The notes beneath the pieces were generated by a model that saw only the letters and a list, made by a program, of their open reading frames with translations, did no database searches and was not told the origin of the DNA. Positions 41,383-53,900 of a stretch of DNA of 64,000 nt are shown in pieces; the stretch's first letter is position 1; each line of letters opens with the position of its first letter. The stretch comes from Lama guanicoe. Lineage: Eukaryota. The stretch spans positions 155,241 to 219,240 of the forward strand of contig MU053934.1 in NCBI GenBank assembly GCA_013239625.1. The letters run 5' to 3'. The position numbers and the translations under genes were made by a program.

Positions 41383-41628
41383 NNNNNNNNNNNNNNNNNN
41401 NNNNNNNNNNNNNNNNNNNNNNNNNNNNNNNNNNNNNNNNNNNNNNNNNNNNNNNNNNNNNNNNNNNNNNNNNNNNNNNNNNNNNNNNNNNNNNNNNNNN
41501 NNNNNNNNNNNNNNNNNNNNNNNNNNNNNNNNNNNNNNNNNNNNNNNNNNNNNNNNNNNNNNNNNNNNNNNNNNNNNNNNNNNNNNNNNNNNNNNNNNNN
41601 NNNNNNNNNNNNNNNNNNNNNNNNNNNN
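41383..41628. other. Assembly gap (246 N)
   Basis: Run of N characters. Confidence 1.
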
Positions 41629-42299
41629 TGGAGAAAGAAGCCTGGAAAACACCCCCTTAGCGAAGGAAAGATGGTTGGTCAGCATCCTTAGTGGTACCGT
41701 GTGTGAGGCCAGGTCCCTGCCAGAGGGGTGCGATGGGGAAGGCACTTCACTACTGAGATGTTCTTCCCCCAAACCCATAACCTCAGTCTAGCCATGAGAA
41801 AATATATTGGACCAACCACATTTGAGGGATGTTTTATAAGCTGCCTGACCAGTGCACAACACGGAACTATCAAGGTCAGTCATGGAAAACAAAGAAAGAC
41901 CGAAACTGTCAGAGACCAGAGGAGACCAAGGACACAGGAAAAGCTGCGGAAATGCGGCTAGAGCCCAGTGCTGAGGAACAGCGATCCACCGATGCTGGTT
42001 TGTCAGTTCTGGGAAATTCGCCATCATTACGCAAGATGTTAACATCAGGGGAAACTGGAGGAGGGGGATGTGCGACTGTGTGCACTACTTTTACAATTTT
42101 TCTGCAAGTGTAAAATTCTTCCAAGTACGAGTGTATATTAAAAACAACAGCAAAAACAGAGTTCTACAAAGGGATGACAGACGGAGAACGTTAGTAACAC
42201 AAGCTCATGTGGCCAGCAAGGCGGCAGCTCGGCTGACGCCTCTGCTCCTAACACGAGCTCTTCCCAGGCTACACCCCCACGTGTAGAAATGCCTATCTA

Positions 42300-43960
42300 A
42301 TTCGATCTGACAAGAAGATGGTGGAAAATACTAAATTCTCAAGACGATCTCAGAAATATATGTACAACCACAACTGTTATGGAAGAATTTCATCCCAAGT
42401 ATGTATGATGCCTTGAGATGTTACTTAATGTCAGTACAGAGATGCATGATTGGCAAGATATTGAAAAACAAAGCACCCAGAATAGGAAGACAAGCCTCCA
42501 CCGATTTTTGATGACGTTTCAAGTGTTGGCGATAGCCAGTCTCGAACTTTACAACGTCTCACTAAACCCCGTGAAAAAGAGTTTTGCAGTCTCTTTGGAG
42601 ATTTCATACATCAAAACAAAAGATAATAAAATCGAGTAAGGAAAACACTGGTTTTTCCTGCCCTGGCAAGTACGGCTGGGAAAATGCACAAAGGATAATG
42701 TGCTAACAAACGAACTAAATTCCTCTGTCAGCAGATACTGTGGGAAGAGTCCTAGAAAACAAACGAGGAAAGCCTGAAGAAACTAGTATCAGAACAAATC
42801 GCATGGGAGATTTGCTATAGACTTAAATCGGAAAGTACAGAGGATTCGTCATCTCATGACGTTTGCAAGATTCTGTTTAGAAAATGAAATCCACAAAGGA
42901 CATCTTTCCAGTGAGCAATAAAGAAAAGATGTCCTGGAGCAGTTATGTTATGAGCAGTGAATTCCTCCTTTAATGATGGTAACGTTTTATGGAGAGTGCA
43001 GATGTGGAAGCACTGAAGGTACAGTTGCTTTAACTGGAACAACAAAAGGGATTCCGAGAAAGGTCACAGAGGAAGCGCCCCATACTGAATTCCTTTACTG
43101 TATCACCGATAGGCAAGTTTGCAAGGAAACACCGGAAGCCACAGTACATTAGTACTATTAGATGTCACTGATTTGGTTAACTTTCTGAAGACAAGACAGA
43201 AAATATCATAGGATCTTTACAATACTTTCTAATGACATGAAGAATGACAATGAAAATCTGTCCAACAGACAGCTTCGCTGGTTAAGTCATGGCAAAGGAC
43301 TTACAATACACGGCATACGCAAAGATGATGTACACAGTTTGTTCTTACGGAAAAATGGTTCTTGGTGGCAGGCTATATATCTCATGCTTTTAGAAAAAAA
43401 AAATTCACACCTGAATCTGATCCTTCAGTGCAAGGGTCATGAATGGAAAACTAACTACTTTTAGAAAGAACCTGTGATATAGATGGAGCTTTTAGGAAAT
43501 AAATGTTTGAAATCGTTTTCATCATTATTAGGATTTTGAGGTAAAAAAACAATGTTTGCTACCAAAACCCTCATTTCCGCATTCTTCAAAACTTCAGGGG
43601 TTGATGTCTACGATCACCAATATTGCTTAATTGGTGCTTTTCTTTCCCCAAATCCTTTTCTTCTTTCTAGAACCCAGATTATTGAGGAAAGGGTGTCCTA
43701 CAGCAGGCTTCTAAGAAGCCTGTACCACAAGGCATGCCATGGTCACAGGTCTCAGGTCTGTGTGCTGACATGGAGTATGTGGGGGAAATGGGGAGAATCA
43801 ATAAAATTGCTCAGATTCCCTTGCTGCAGGACTTCAGAATATGGTATATGGTAGAATTTATAGTACACAGAACTCCCCTCTCCCCATCCCCTCTCCAGCT
43901 CCCTCTGTTTTAATGAAACCCATTAACAGTTCTTAGAACTGCTTGGACACATGCTCCTCC
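42300..43960 (+). mobile_element. Fossil hAT-Charlie (Buster/ZBED5-like) DNA transposon with decayed transposase, copy 2
   Basis: Motif remnants occur in the expected order but in broken frames: AVSLEISYI (cf. ASYxVSYLIAK), PLSADTVGR at 42722-42748 (cf. PLSNDTVxRRI), RWLSHGKGL from 43276 (cf. VRWLSRGKVL) and LNLILQ (cf. LNLSLQG). Many stops and frameshifts; boundaries approximate. Confidence 0.75.
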
Positions 43961-44359
43961 AAATGCTACTGCCGGGCAAATTTTCCAGAGCCATCACCTT
44001 GCTTCTAGGAATCCTGTTGATGTTTCCAGGAATACAGGCATCTGAGCTCCATCAGCTATGCGTCACAAAGCCAGGGATGGGCAACTCAAATCAGTAACAC
44101 CCGAAGAAGATAAGTTCCAAAAATTACCAAATGAGCCAAGAACGAGTGAGTGTTGAGAAAAGACAGAAGACTAAAGCTGAAACCACCCAGAGTCCCCTCC
44201 GCAAACAACAGCAAAAACAGAGTTCTACAAAGGGATGACAGACGGAGAACGTTAGTAACACAAGCTCATGTGGCCAGCAAGGCGGCAGCTCGGCTGACGC
44301 CTCTGCTCCTAACACGAGCTCTTCCCAGGCTACACCCCCACGTGTAGAAATGCCTATCT

Positions 44360-46020
44360 AATTCGATCTGACAAGAAGATGGTGGAAAATACTAAATTCT
44401 CAAGACGATCTCAGAAATATATGTACAACCACAACTGTTATGGAAGAATTTCATCCCAAGTATGTATGATGCCTTGAGATGTTACTTAATGTCAGTACAG
44501 AGATGCATGATTGGCAAGATATTGAAAAACAAAGCACCCAGAATAGGAAGACAAGCCTCCACCGATTTTTGATGACGTTTCAAGTGTTGGCGATAGCCAG
44601 TCTCGAACTTTACAACGTCTCACTAAACCCCGTGAAAAAGAGTTTTGCAGTCTCTTTGGAGATTTCATACATCAAAACAAAAGATAATAAAATCGAGTAA
44701 GGAAAACACTGGTTTTTCCTGCCCTGGCAAGTACGGCTGGGAAAATGCACAAAGGATAATGTGCTAACAAACGAACTAAATTCCTCTGTCAGCAGATATT
44801 GTGGGAAGAGTCCTAGAAAACAAACGAGGAAAGCCTGAAGAAACTAGTATCAGAACAAATCGCATGGGTGATTTGCTATAGACTTAAATCGGAAAGTACA
44901 GAGGATTCGTCATCTCATGACGTTTGCAAGATTCTGTTTAGAAAATGAAATCCACAAAGGACATCTTTCCAGTGAGCAATAAAGAAAAGATGTCCTGGAG
45001 CAGTTATGTTATGAGCAGTGAATTCCTCCTTTAATGATGGTAACGTTTTATGGAGAGTGCAGATGTGGAAGCACTGAAGGTACAGTTGCTTTAACTGGAA
45101 CAACAAAAGGGATTCCGAGAAAGGTCACAGAGGAAGCGCCCCATACTGAATTCCTTTACTGTATCACCGATAGGCAAGTTTTCAAGGAAACACCGGAAGC
45201 CACAGTACATTAGTACTATTAGATGTCACTGATTTGGTTAACTTTCTGAAGACAAGACAGAAAATATCATAGGATCTTTACAATACTTTCTAATGACATG
45301 AAGAATGACAATGAAAATCTGTCCAACAGACAGCTTCGCTGGTTAAGTCATGGCAAAGGACTTACAATACACGGCATACGCAAAGATGATGTACACAGTT
45401 TGTTCTTACGGAAAAATGGTTCTTGGCGGCACGCTATATATCTCATGCTTTTAGAAAAAAAAAATTCACACCTGAATCTGATCCTTCAGCGCAAGGGTCA
45501 TGAATGGAAAACTAACTACTTTTAGAAAGAACCTGCGATATAGATGGAGCTTTTAGGAAATAAATGTTTGAAATCATTTTCATCATTATTAGGATTTTGA
45601 GGTAAAAAAACAATGTTTGCTACCAAAACCCTCATTTCCGCATTCTTCAAAACTTCAGGGGTTGATGTCTACGATCACCAATATTGCTTAATTGGTGCTT
45701 TTCTTTCCCCAAATCCTTTTCTTCTTTCTAGAGCCCAGATTATTGAGGAAAGGGTGTCCTACAGCGGGCTTCTAAGAAGCCTGTCCCACAAGGCATGCCA
45801 TGGTCACAGGTCTCAGGTCTGTGTGCTGACATGGAGTATGTGGGGGAAATGGGGAGAATCAATAAAATTGCTCAGATTCCCTTGCTGCAGGACTTCAGAA
45901 TATGGTATATGGTAGAGTTTATAGTACACAGAACTCCCCTCTCCCCATCCCCTCTCCAGCTCCCTCTGTTTTAATGAAACCCATTAACAGTTCTTAGAAC
46001 TGCTTGGACACATGCTCCTC
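44360..46020 (+). mobile_element. Fossil hAT-Charlie transposase remnant, copy 3
   Basis: Same motifs as copy 2 at +2061. ORF 45298..45525 contains QLRWLSHGKGL. Confidence 0.75.
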
Positions 46021-48949
46021 CAAATGCTACTGCCGGGCAAATTTTCCAGAGCCATCACCTTGCTTCTAGGAATCCTGTTGATGTTTCCAGGAATACAGGC
46101 ATCTGAGCTCCATCAGCTATGCGTCACAAAGCCAGGGATGGGCAACTCAAATCAGTAACACCCGAAGAAGATAAGTTCCAAAAATTACCAAATGAGCCAA
46201 GAATGAGTGAGTGTTGAGAAAAGACAGAAGACTAAAGCTGAAACCACCCAGAGTCCCCTCCGCAGGGCGGGTCGTTCTCCAGCACAATGTGTGGGCACAG
46301 GACTAGGCGTGACACGCCAGTGCCTGATCTTGGGAAGCTACCTCCCCCTTCCGGTCCCTGTTTCCAGTCTGTGAAATGAGAGTATTAGCATGCACAAGGA
46401 AGAAGACCCCTTGTCTACGTGTTTTGCCCACCAGCTGACTGAAAATTACCCCGAAAGACCGAGTGGGGACAACCCTGATGGATGATTAATAATAACAGTA
46501 GGCTTAATTCACGTTTCATAGCCTGGAGCTAATGCATCACCTCTTTTGATCTTTGCATCTCCTCCACTGAGTGGTGATCACTTCCCTGCTTTTCAGGGGA
46601 GGACAAGGTGAAGACAGGTTAAGTAACCAAATGACAGCGCTGCAGCCTGGCGCACAGTGGGTGCTGTGCAGTTTGCTGGGAGACGGGCGATCCCAAGGCA
46701 TGAGCCGCAGAACAATTGGTGCCAAAAGACAGGCTACTTGGACAGGAGCCAGATGCCTCATATTTAATCCCGGGACTCCTCGGGTTTAGCAACTGCAGCA
46801 GAGACAATAAAACACTTAGAGCCCTCGGACTTGGGTTACGCGATGAAATTAAACAGGCACCGGCCTGAAGGAAAGAGGGGTCTGGTTGGAAGGTGGTAAT
46901 TCTAGATTTTAGCTCTTCTCCTCCAAAGCAACTGTTTTTTTCTTCTTCCATCCATCCTAATCCTCCAGGATCAACCTTACCATTCATCATTCTTATTACC
47001 TCTCTCTGGTTTCCCCTGCCTCATTTCTCACTGCAGCAGGCATTTCTAAGGCATGCTCGGTATGCAAATTCACAGTAGCCCCTCATCTTCCTCAAAAGAT
47101 GCCGAACCTGACACCTCTCTAAGTATTATAAAATGTTTTAAATCTTGAGTTATGCGCTACTCCGCTTATGCAAATGCTACAGATTGCCTCCAGGAACATA
47201 CATCATTTCCCCCCACATGGATGGCATGTTTTCTCTTGGTTTCTCTTCTCTCCTTCAGGGTTTTTCTTTTCCGTGCACTCAGTTCCCAGTCTGTGAATGG
47301 ATGGCAGTCAAAAATTCAGCCTTTGCACCTGCTGCTTAAAAATCAAACATTCTTTTGAGGAGATAATGTTATATTAAGGGTCTCTGTTCTGGGGTTAGAC
47401 CTTGAAAACCCATTTAATTTCAATAGGGCTCATATAGAAGAAACCTATAGAATCATTACCTCCCATAAGACGAAACCCTGGGAAAATATATTCTGGTGGG
47501 AACTCAACCCCATGTCAGAAGAAAGAGCTCTGGACTTGGAGTAAGACAGACAAGCGCTCAAATTTCAGCTGTGTGATTCTGGGCAAGGAAGTGACAAATC
47601 CAAATGATTCTTAATTTTCTGATTTATGAAATAGACTGAACAATACTCACCTTGTGAATAATCTTTTGTAAAGATCAGGTGACACCACGTTTGGAACATC
47701 ATCCCCACACAGTCTACCTAGAATGCTCCATTTCATCCTTTGAGGTCCTGGCCCCAGCTTGCTTCCCCTGAGATGTGTTTCCTGTCCATCCCCGAGAGGG
47801 ATTGGTGCATTTGGGCAGGTGGTTTTGTAGCAATGGGGTGGCCCCCGTTGCTTGCCTACCCAGCCCCCGGTTCACTCTTCCTAACTTGCATGTGAGTTTC
47901 CACCCCCTGATCTCCAGGGGCATGTTGGGGAGGAAGAGGGGGAGGACTGGGGAGAGGAGCAGCAAGCGTGTTTGAGGAGTGACGTGAGGGCAGAAGAGGG
48001 TGAATAGTGAGTTTCACCCCCAACCTCCTATAGAACCTCCTATCATGCTTCGGTCTAAACCCGGGTCCTCTTCCTGCTGTCAGCCCCCTTCACTTCCTGA
48101 CTTCACAGCTCTTAGCAGGTTGCATTGGGATTTTCTGTTTCCTTACGGGTTCATTCTCAATAGCCTGTTATCTTCCTGAGGGCAAGAACCATGACTTACC
48201 CAGCCCTGGGCTCCACTGACTCTTATAGACCCGAGGATGGACCCCTCTGCTTGCCACATCCTGGCCACTGCCCAGCCTTTCTGCCCAGAGCTTCCTTTTC
48301 TAACAGTCTGCAGGAGACTCAAGGACCAGGGCACTGCTTTCTGGAATCTCTCCCAGTCTCCCTCCGCTAAGCCAGCACACAGCTCCTTTGCTGGTCTCCT
48401 GAGTCTGCGCTCCTGGTGAAGGAATAAAAAGATGCTCCTTTGGGTCCTTCCCTTTTAATTTAAGACTCTGCCAGGGAAGGCTGAGTCATCCAGCTTTAGG
48501 ATTGAAGAGAAAAAATGAAGGTCTTTGCAACATGAAAGACCGAGGTAAAGTCAAGTGCATTTCTCTGGCGCACTTCAGGGGCCTGGATGAGAATGGGGCC
48601 AAGAATAATGGCTTCCATTTTATCGAGAATTTTGTAACTGAGCCTGAGAGGTTAAGTGATTTACTCAAGTCCTTCAGCTGGTATGAGGCAGAACTGTCAT
48701 TAGAATTTACAGGATGGCTTGGCTCCAGAAGCCTGTATTTTTGGCTCCTGCCTCCTCAGTGAAACCACTTCTCCCCTTCCACGGTCTCGTAACCAACCTA
48801 TACTTAGCACGGAGCTCACGGCCGACACCCAGGCCATGGTAGATGCCCGAGGAGGGCAGACACCTCTGTAGCAGGAAGTGGGATCACGATTGAGCTCCAT
48901 GCTACCAGGAGGGAGCTGTGTTTGTTACCAGATGGGTTTTTATGCCACC

Positions 48950-49130
48950 TGTCCTTCAAACATAATCAGACATGTAATGAAATAGTCTTTGAATTAGGTG
49001 AGAATTGCTATTTCCATGAAAGGCAAGCTAAATGTTCTGGAACAACTCGATAAAAAGAAGTTCCTAAAAAAAAAACTGGCTATCGGATTGGGCATGGGTG
49101 AGAGGACTATGAAAGGGGAAATGCAGGGCT
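48950..49130 (+). mobile_element. Tigger/pogo-type transposase N-terminal (HTH-psq) remnant
   Basis: About 49001-49115 translates, across a poly-A, to RIAISMKGKLNVLEQLDKKKFL..KLAIGLGMGERTMK, resembling Tigger K-L-x-I-x-x-L-E-K-G-E-S-L-K-K-I-A-x-x-x-G-V-G-E-T-T-V-K. Confidence 0.5.
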
Positions 49131-50459
49131 GTCCTTCAGTTGCTTTGTGAGAGCCCTTAAATTCTTGTTCGGCTGGAAAGGGCCCTGAGAACCACAGAGG
49201 AGGCGTGAGGAGAGAGAGCCGTAAGTGTTCATACGGTACAATCCGCAGACAAAAAGACCTGGCTCTGGATTTGCCCCCAAAGACAGGCCAATCAAGCTTA
49301 ACATATTTTTAGGATTCTTGCTTACGCTGACATCTTCCATCAGCTGACCCAGCGCAGGTCCCTCTGGGTCCCACAGGAGGGTTTCTCAGGTTGGCTACCC
49401 TTTGGAGCAACAGAGCATGAGCTGATGGAGAGCAGAGTTCAGGCACCTCTGGATGCTCCCCAGGGAGGAACACAATCCGCCAGCAAAGAGGAGGCTCCTC
49501 ATAGATGCTGAGCACCAGGAATGAAATAAGATAAAGGATGGGAGGAAGAAGAGAAGGCAGACAGTAAGAAGAAAAAAACAAAGATACACCTTGACCTGGA
49601 ATCTGAAGACCAGGTTGCCCTGGAGGGACTGACAGACATGCTGTGTTCTTGGAACAGCCCTTCAGGCTCCTTGTCAATGTCCAGACCCTGACAGGACCCA
49701 GAGGGTGGGGCTCAGGCCTGCTAACCTCCCTGCCTTGTCCCTTAATCCTCGCCCCACCTCCAGGGCAGCTCCCCTTTTATACAGTGCCTATATTTTAGGG
49801 TTCTGTGTCAGATTCTGTTAGATAAGATTTTAGTGGGTAAAATGATCTCTGGATTCTTTTTTAGGTTTATCTACAAAGATACAGATCAAACTTGGCTTAA
49901 CTCTTAACTTCATGGTTTTGCCATTTGATGGAAATTCCTCTACTTACACAGAGAACAGGCTGCCAAAGAGAGTCCACTGATTATTTTGTTGGATGGGTTC
50001 AAAGTGACATTAATTAAGCAACCCTTAAGCGATGCCAAAGAGGTACAGCCATCTGCTACACCAACACGTAAGCTCTATGGGACCGATAGCTTTGTCTGTT
50101 CAGCCTCCTGTGGCATCACCGGGGCCCGTAACGGTGCCTGGCATATAGTAACCACTCAGTAAATTCGGGGGCATGAACACTTCGGTGTGCATGCGGTGGG
50201 CGATGTGACACACACTTGGAGACCAAGTTCTGTTGGCATCTACAAAAGCTGGAAGTTGGAAGTTCACAAATGAGGAGTCTCCTCTCATTTATGATGCTTT
50301 TTCTTTTCCTTTTTGTAGCTGCCAATTTAGAGGCTCTCAGATATCACGCCAAATCTCCTGGCTTATGACTGGGTTCTTTAATGGAACGCACACTAATTCT
50401 CCTAAGAACAATCAATTTCACAAGACACTTGCCAAGGTCCCTCCACCACCACTCCCAGG

Positions 50460-50775
50460 TTTTTTTTTTATTGCAATAAAATATACATATTGTATACCAT
50501 TTTAAAGTGTATAGTTCAGTGCCCTTAAGTACATTCACCCTGTTATGCAACCATCACCACGAGGCATCTCCGGGACTTTTTCACCATCCCAGACTGAAAC
50601 TCCTCACCCGAGTAACCTTTATTCTACTTTCTCTGTCCATGAACTTGACTATTCTAGGTATCTCATATAAGTGGAATCATATAATATTTGTCCCTTTGTG
50701 TTTGGAGTATCTCGCTGAGCACGTCTTCAAAGGTCATCCCTGGTGTAGCGTATATCGGAATTTCCTCCCTTCATA
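50460..50775 (-). mobile_element. L1MB-like 3' end
   Basis: Poly-T followed by ccattttaaagtgtatagttcagtg...caaccatcaccac...ctcatataagtggaatcat. Confidence 0.75.
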
Positions 50776-50999
50776 AGAACCTGCCGAGGTTTTTAGTTGC
50801 ACTGATTATTGAGGCAATTTTTTGTTTCTATTTCTGATATGGAAATGAGACTAGAAAGTTTAAAAGCGTTCTGTGCCCCTGCCTAGTCAAACAATGTCAT
50901 TTATTATGAGGACACAGGGCCTGGCTTCAATCTGTCGCCATTTGCCCCCAGAAAGGCATCCGCCTCTCAATTTTTGACCGATTACATCCAAGCCCCAGA

Positions 51000-53900
51000 C
51001 TGTAAAACAGGTGCTCCTTCAATTTTATAACACGGTGCGCCAAAGTGTTTTTCCAATTTGCTTGTTTCCGCTTCACACGCCTATCCATAGTATAGGAGAG
51101 TTCCTACTGATAAGTGAGACTTGATGGTACCACCCTTCCAATTTTGTGGATGCGAAATTATCTGTGGTCTTAATTTTCACTTCCCTGATTAACAGAGAGG
51201 TTGCACATCTTTTCAAGTGTTTATTGGTCATTTTCTCTGTAATTCTGTGGAACGACTTTTTGTCTTTTACACATTTTTCTTAATAATAATAAAGAATTTT
51301 TCTATACTTTGTTTACTAGTCCTTCGTTAGTTGTTTGTTGAAACTTTTCTCTTTTTGATGCCACTTTGATGGAGTTATTAATTTCACTGTGGTTTAACTT
51401 ACTGACCTTTCGCTTACAACATATGCTTTGGGTGTCTAAGTTGAATAAATTCTTCCCTATCCTGAGGTCATAGGCTACTTTCCTAATTTTTAAAAAATGT
51501 TTAATTTGGCCTTTCACTTTTAAGTCTCTTATCGATCAGGGTAAGTTTTGTGCATGTGTGAGACAGGGACCCATTTTCATTTTTTCAACATAGATAATCA
51601 GATGTTTCCATACCATTTAGGGAAAATTGTACCCTCTCTCCAGTGGCCAGCAATGCCACCTCTGCATACTGCAAATTTCCATAAATGTGTGGGCGCCCTT
51701 GGGCTCTCCACTCTTTTCTTTTAATTATTTAGCACAACCCTAAGCAAACGCTCAGCCAAAGTTTGCTGTAGGTTTTCAGAAGATACTCTTTATAAGAGTT
51801 TTTGTCACAGATGAATATCCAATTTTGTCAAATAATTTTCCTGCGTCTATTTAGATAATTATATGGTATTTCTCCTTTAAACCCTTAACATGCCAAATGA
51901 CACTTGTGGATTTTTCAATGTTAGATCACTCTTTGTCTTTCCTGCAATAAACCCAACTTGGCCATGATGTATTATCTATTTCATACATGGCTGGATTCGG
52001 TCTGCTCATACTTTGCTTAAGATTTCTGCATCACTATTTATGCGTGAGACAGGCCTGCAATTTTCCTTTCTTGTAATCTTGTCTGGTTTTGGTATCAAGG
52101 ATATCCTGGCCTCACTGAAGTAGTTAAAAAGGTTCTTTTCCTATTCTTTGGAAAAGCTGACTTAAAATTGGAAATATCTTTTGATTAAAAGAAACTGGTA
52201 GAATGTCTCTCTTCTCACTATCTAGAGCTTCTGTCTTCTTTGGAAGAAGGTTTAATGACTAGAAAATAATCCAGACCTTGTATTTTTTTTTTCCTGAAGT
52301 CAGTTTTGGTAAATTACACATTTCTAGGAATATGTTCCTTTCACCGTTTTCAAACATACTGATATAATTTTGTTCACAGTATTCTCTTATTCTCTCCTAT
52401 AATTCTGCTTTCTCTCTTCGATTGAAAGTTCCACAAGTGAGAGACATGTGTTTGCTTTAATCTTTGCTGTATTCCTAGAACTCAGAAGAATCCCTGGCTC
52501 AAAAACATTTAGACAATGAATAATGTATGTCTCCTGATTGATTTATTGGTGAGTTCGCTTGCTTTTTCTCAATGAGTCCCGCTGCAGCTTTGTCTGTTTC
52601 ATGGTCCCTTTGGAATTTGTTGAAGAATTTGTTGATCAGTTTCTGTTCCTGTCTTATGTTTTGCCTCTTACTTTCTTTGAATTTATTCTAATGTTCTTCA
52701 TATATCATCTTACGTTATAAACTTGGCTTCTTAACTTGCAGGCTTCCTTTTAATATAAGCATTTAAGGCTGTCAGTTTCCCTGTATGTTCCTTTCATTCT
52801 ACTAATTTTGACATGTACTGTTTTTATTTTCATTCAGCTCTAAGTACTTTTTGGCTTCAATTATGATTTCTGTTTAGAACCATGAGCCACTTAGTATAAT
52901 TCTTTGAAATGTACTGAGATTTGTTTGACGGTCTAGCATGTGGTTTTCAATAAACATCCTGTGAGAGCTTAAGAAGGCCATATATCTCTGTCAGGCACAA
53001 AGTTCTTTATTTGTCCAATAAATCAGAATTTTTAACTATGTACTTCAAATCTTCCGTATTTTTAAAATCTTTTTTTTTTCATGTTTGATCTTCCAATATT
53101 TGAAAAGAATATGTTAAAATATTCTACTAGGATAGTAGAACTGTCAGTCTCTCTCTGGAGTTGTGTTCAGCTCTGCCTATATATACACGACAGCGGGACA
53201 TGCACACAAGTTTATAACTCTTATATCTTCTTGGTGAACTTTTTGTTTTTAAGATGTGACCATCTTTATACCTATCAATGCTTCATCTGTATCGAGATAA
53301 GTTACCCAGTTCTCTTTTGGATGATAACTGCCTGATATTCTTTTCCCACAATTTTACCGTCAACCTTTCTAGGTTGTTTTGTATCAGGCATGTCTCTTGC
53401 AGACAGCGTAGTTGGATACCATTTCCTATCCAATCTGACAACTTATCTTCTCACAGGCAAAATCAGATTATTTGGTTATTGATATATTTGGACTTAATTT
53501 TATCATTTTCATTTCCTGTTTTCTATTTCCCCCTACTTTTCCTATACGTTTATTTGTTTGTTTGTTTTTTCTTTTCTTCTATTATAGTTTTTCTTTTAAA
53601 TGATTGAGGTATTTTGGTTGGTTGTTTTGGTTTTTCTTATTCCATTCCACCCCATCCTTTTTTCCAATTCTTTTAGATCTTAACCTTGAAATGTTAGCAT
53701 GCATACCTAGCTTAGCAGCTGATATCTTATCCCCTTTTTCAACAGAACAATGATTTCAAGAATACTTTAATTTCCATCACTTCCCTCCTGACTTACATGA
53801 TGTCACTGTCTGACATTTTAGGTACAACCTTTTTAAACCCCAAAATTGTAGTATTACTATTATTACTACTATTGCTACATTTAGAAACTGTTCAGAGTTC

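Larger units (their letters stand above)
39539..43495. repeat. ~1.85-kb direct repeat flanking the assembly gap (39539-41382 vs 41629-43495)
   Basis: Sequence right after the N run (tggagaaagaagcctgg...) restarts the sequence at 39539. The first copy stops exactly at the gap. The offset is 2090, then 2113 after 23 bp of indels. Confidence 0.93.
42142..46263. repeat. 2061-bp head-to-tail tandem duplication (copy A 42142-44202, copy B 44203-46263)
   Basis: The text aaacaacagcaaaaacag...agtcccctccgc occurs twice at a constant 2061 offset. ORF-track entries recur at the same offset (42418/44479, 43237/45298, 43552/45613). About 13 substitutions counted by eye. Confidence 0.95.

Noticed and set aside
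41124..45915. Repeated small ORFs (MKNDNENLSNRQLRWLSHGK..., MFATKTLISAFF...) as a gene cluster or domesticated ZBED/Buster gene
   Set aside because: They recur only because the DNA is duplicated. The transposase motifs are split by stops and frameshifts and no long frame survives.
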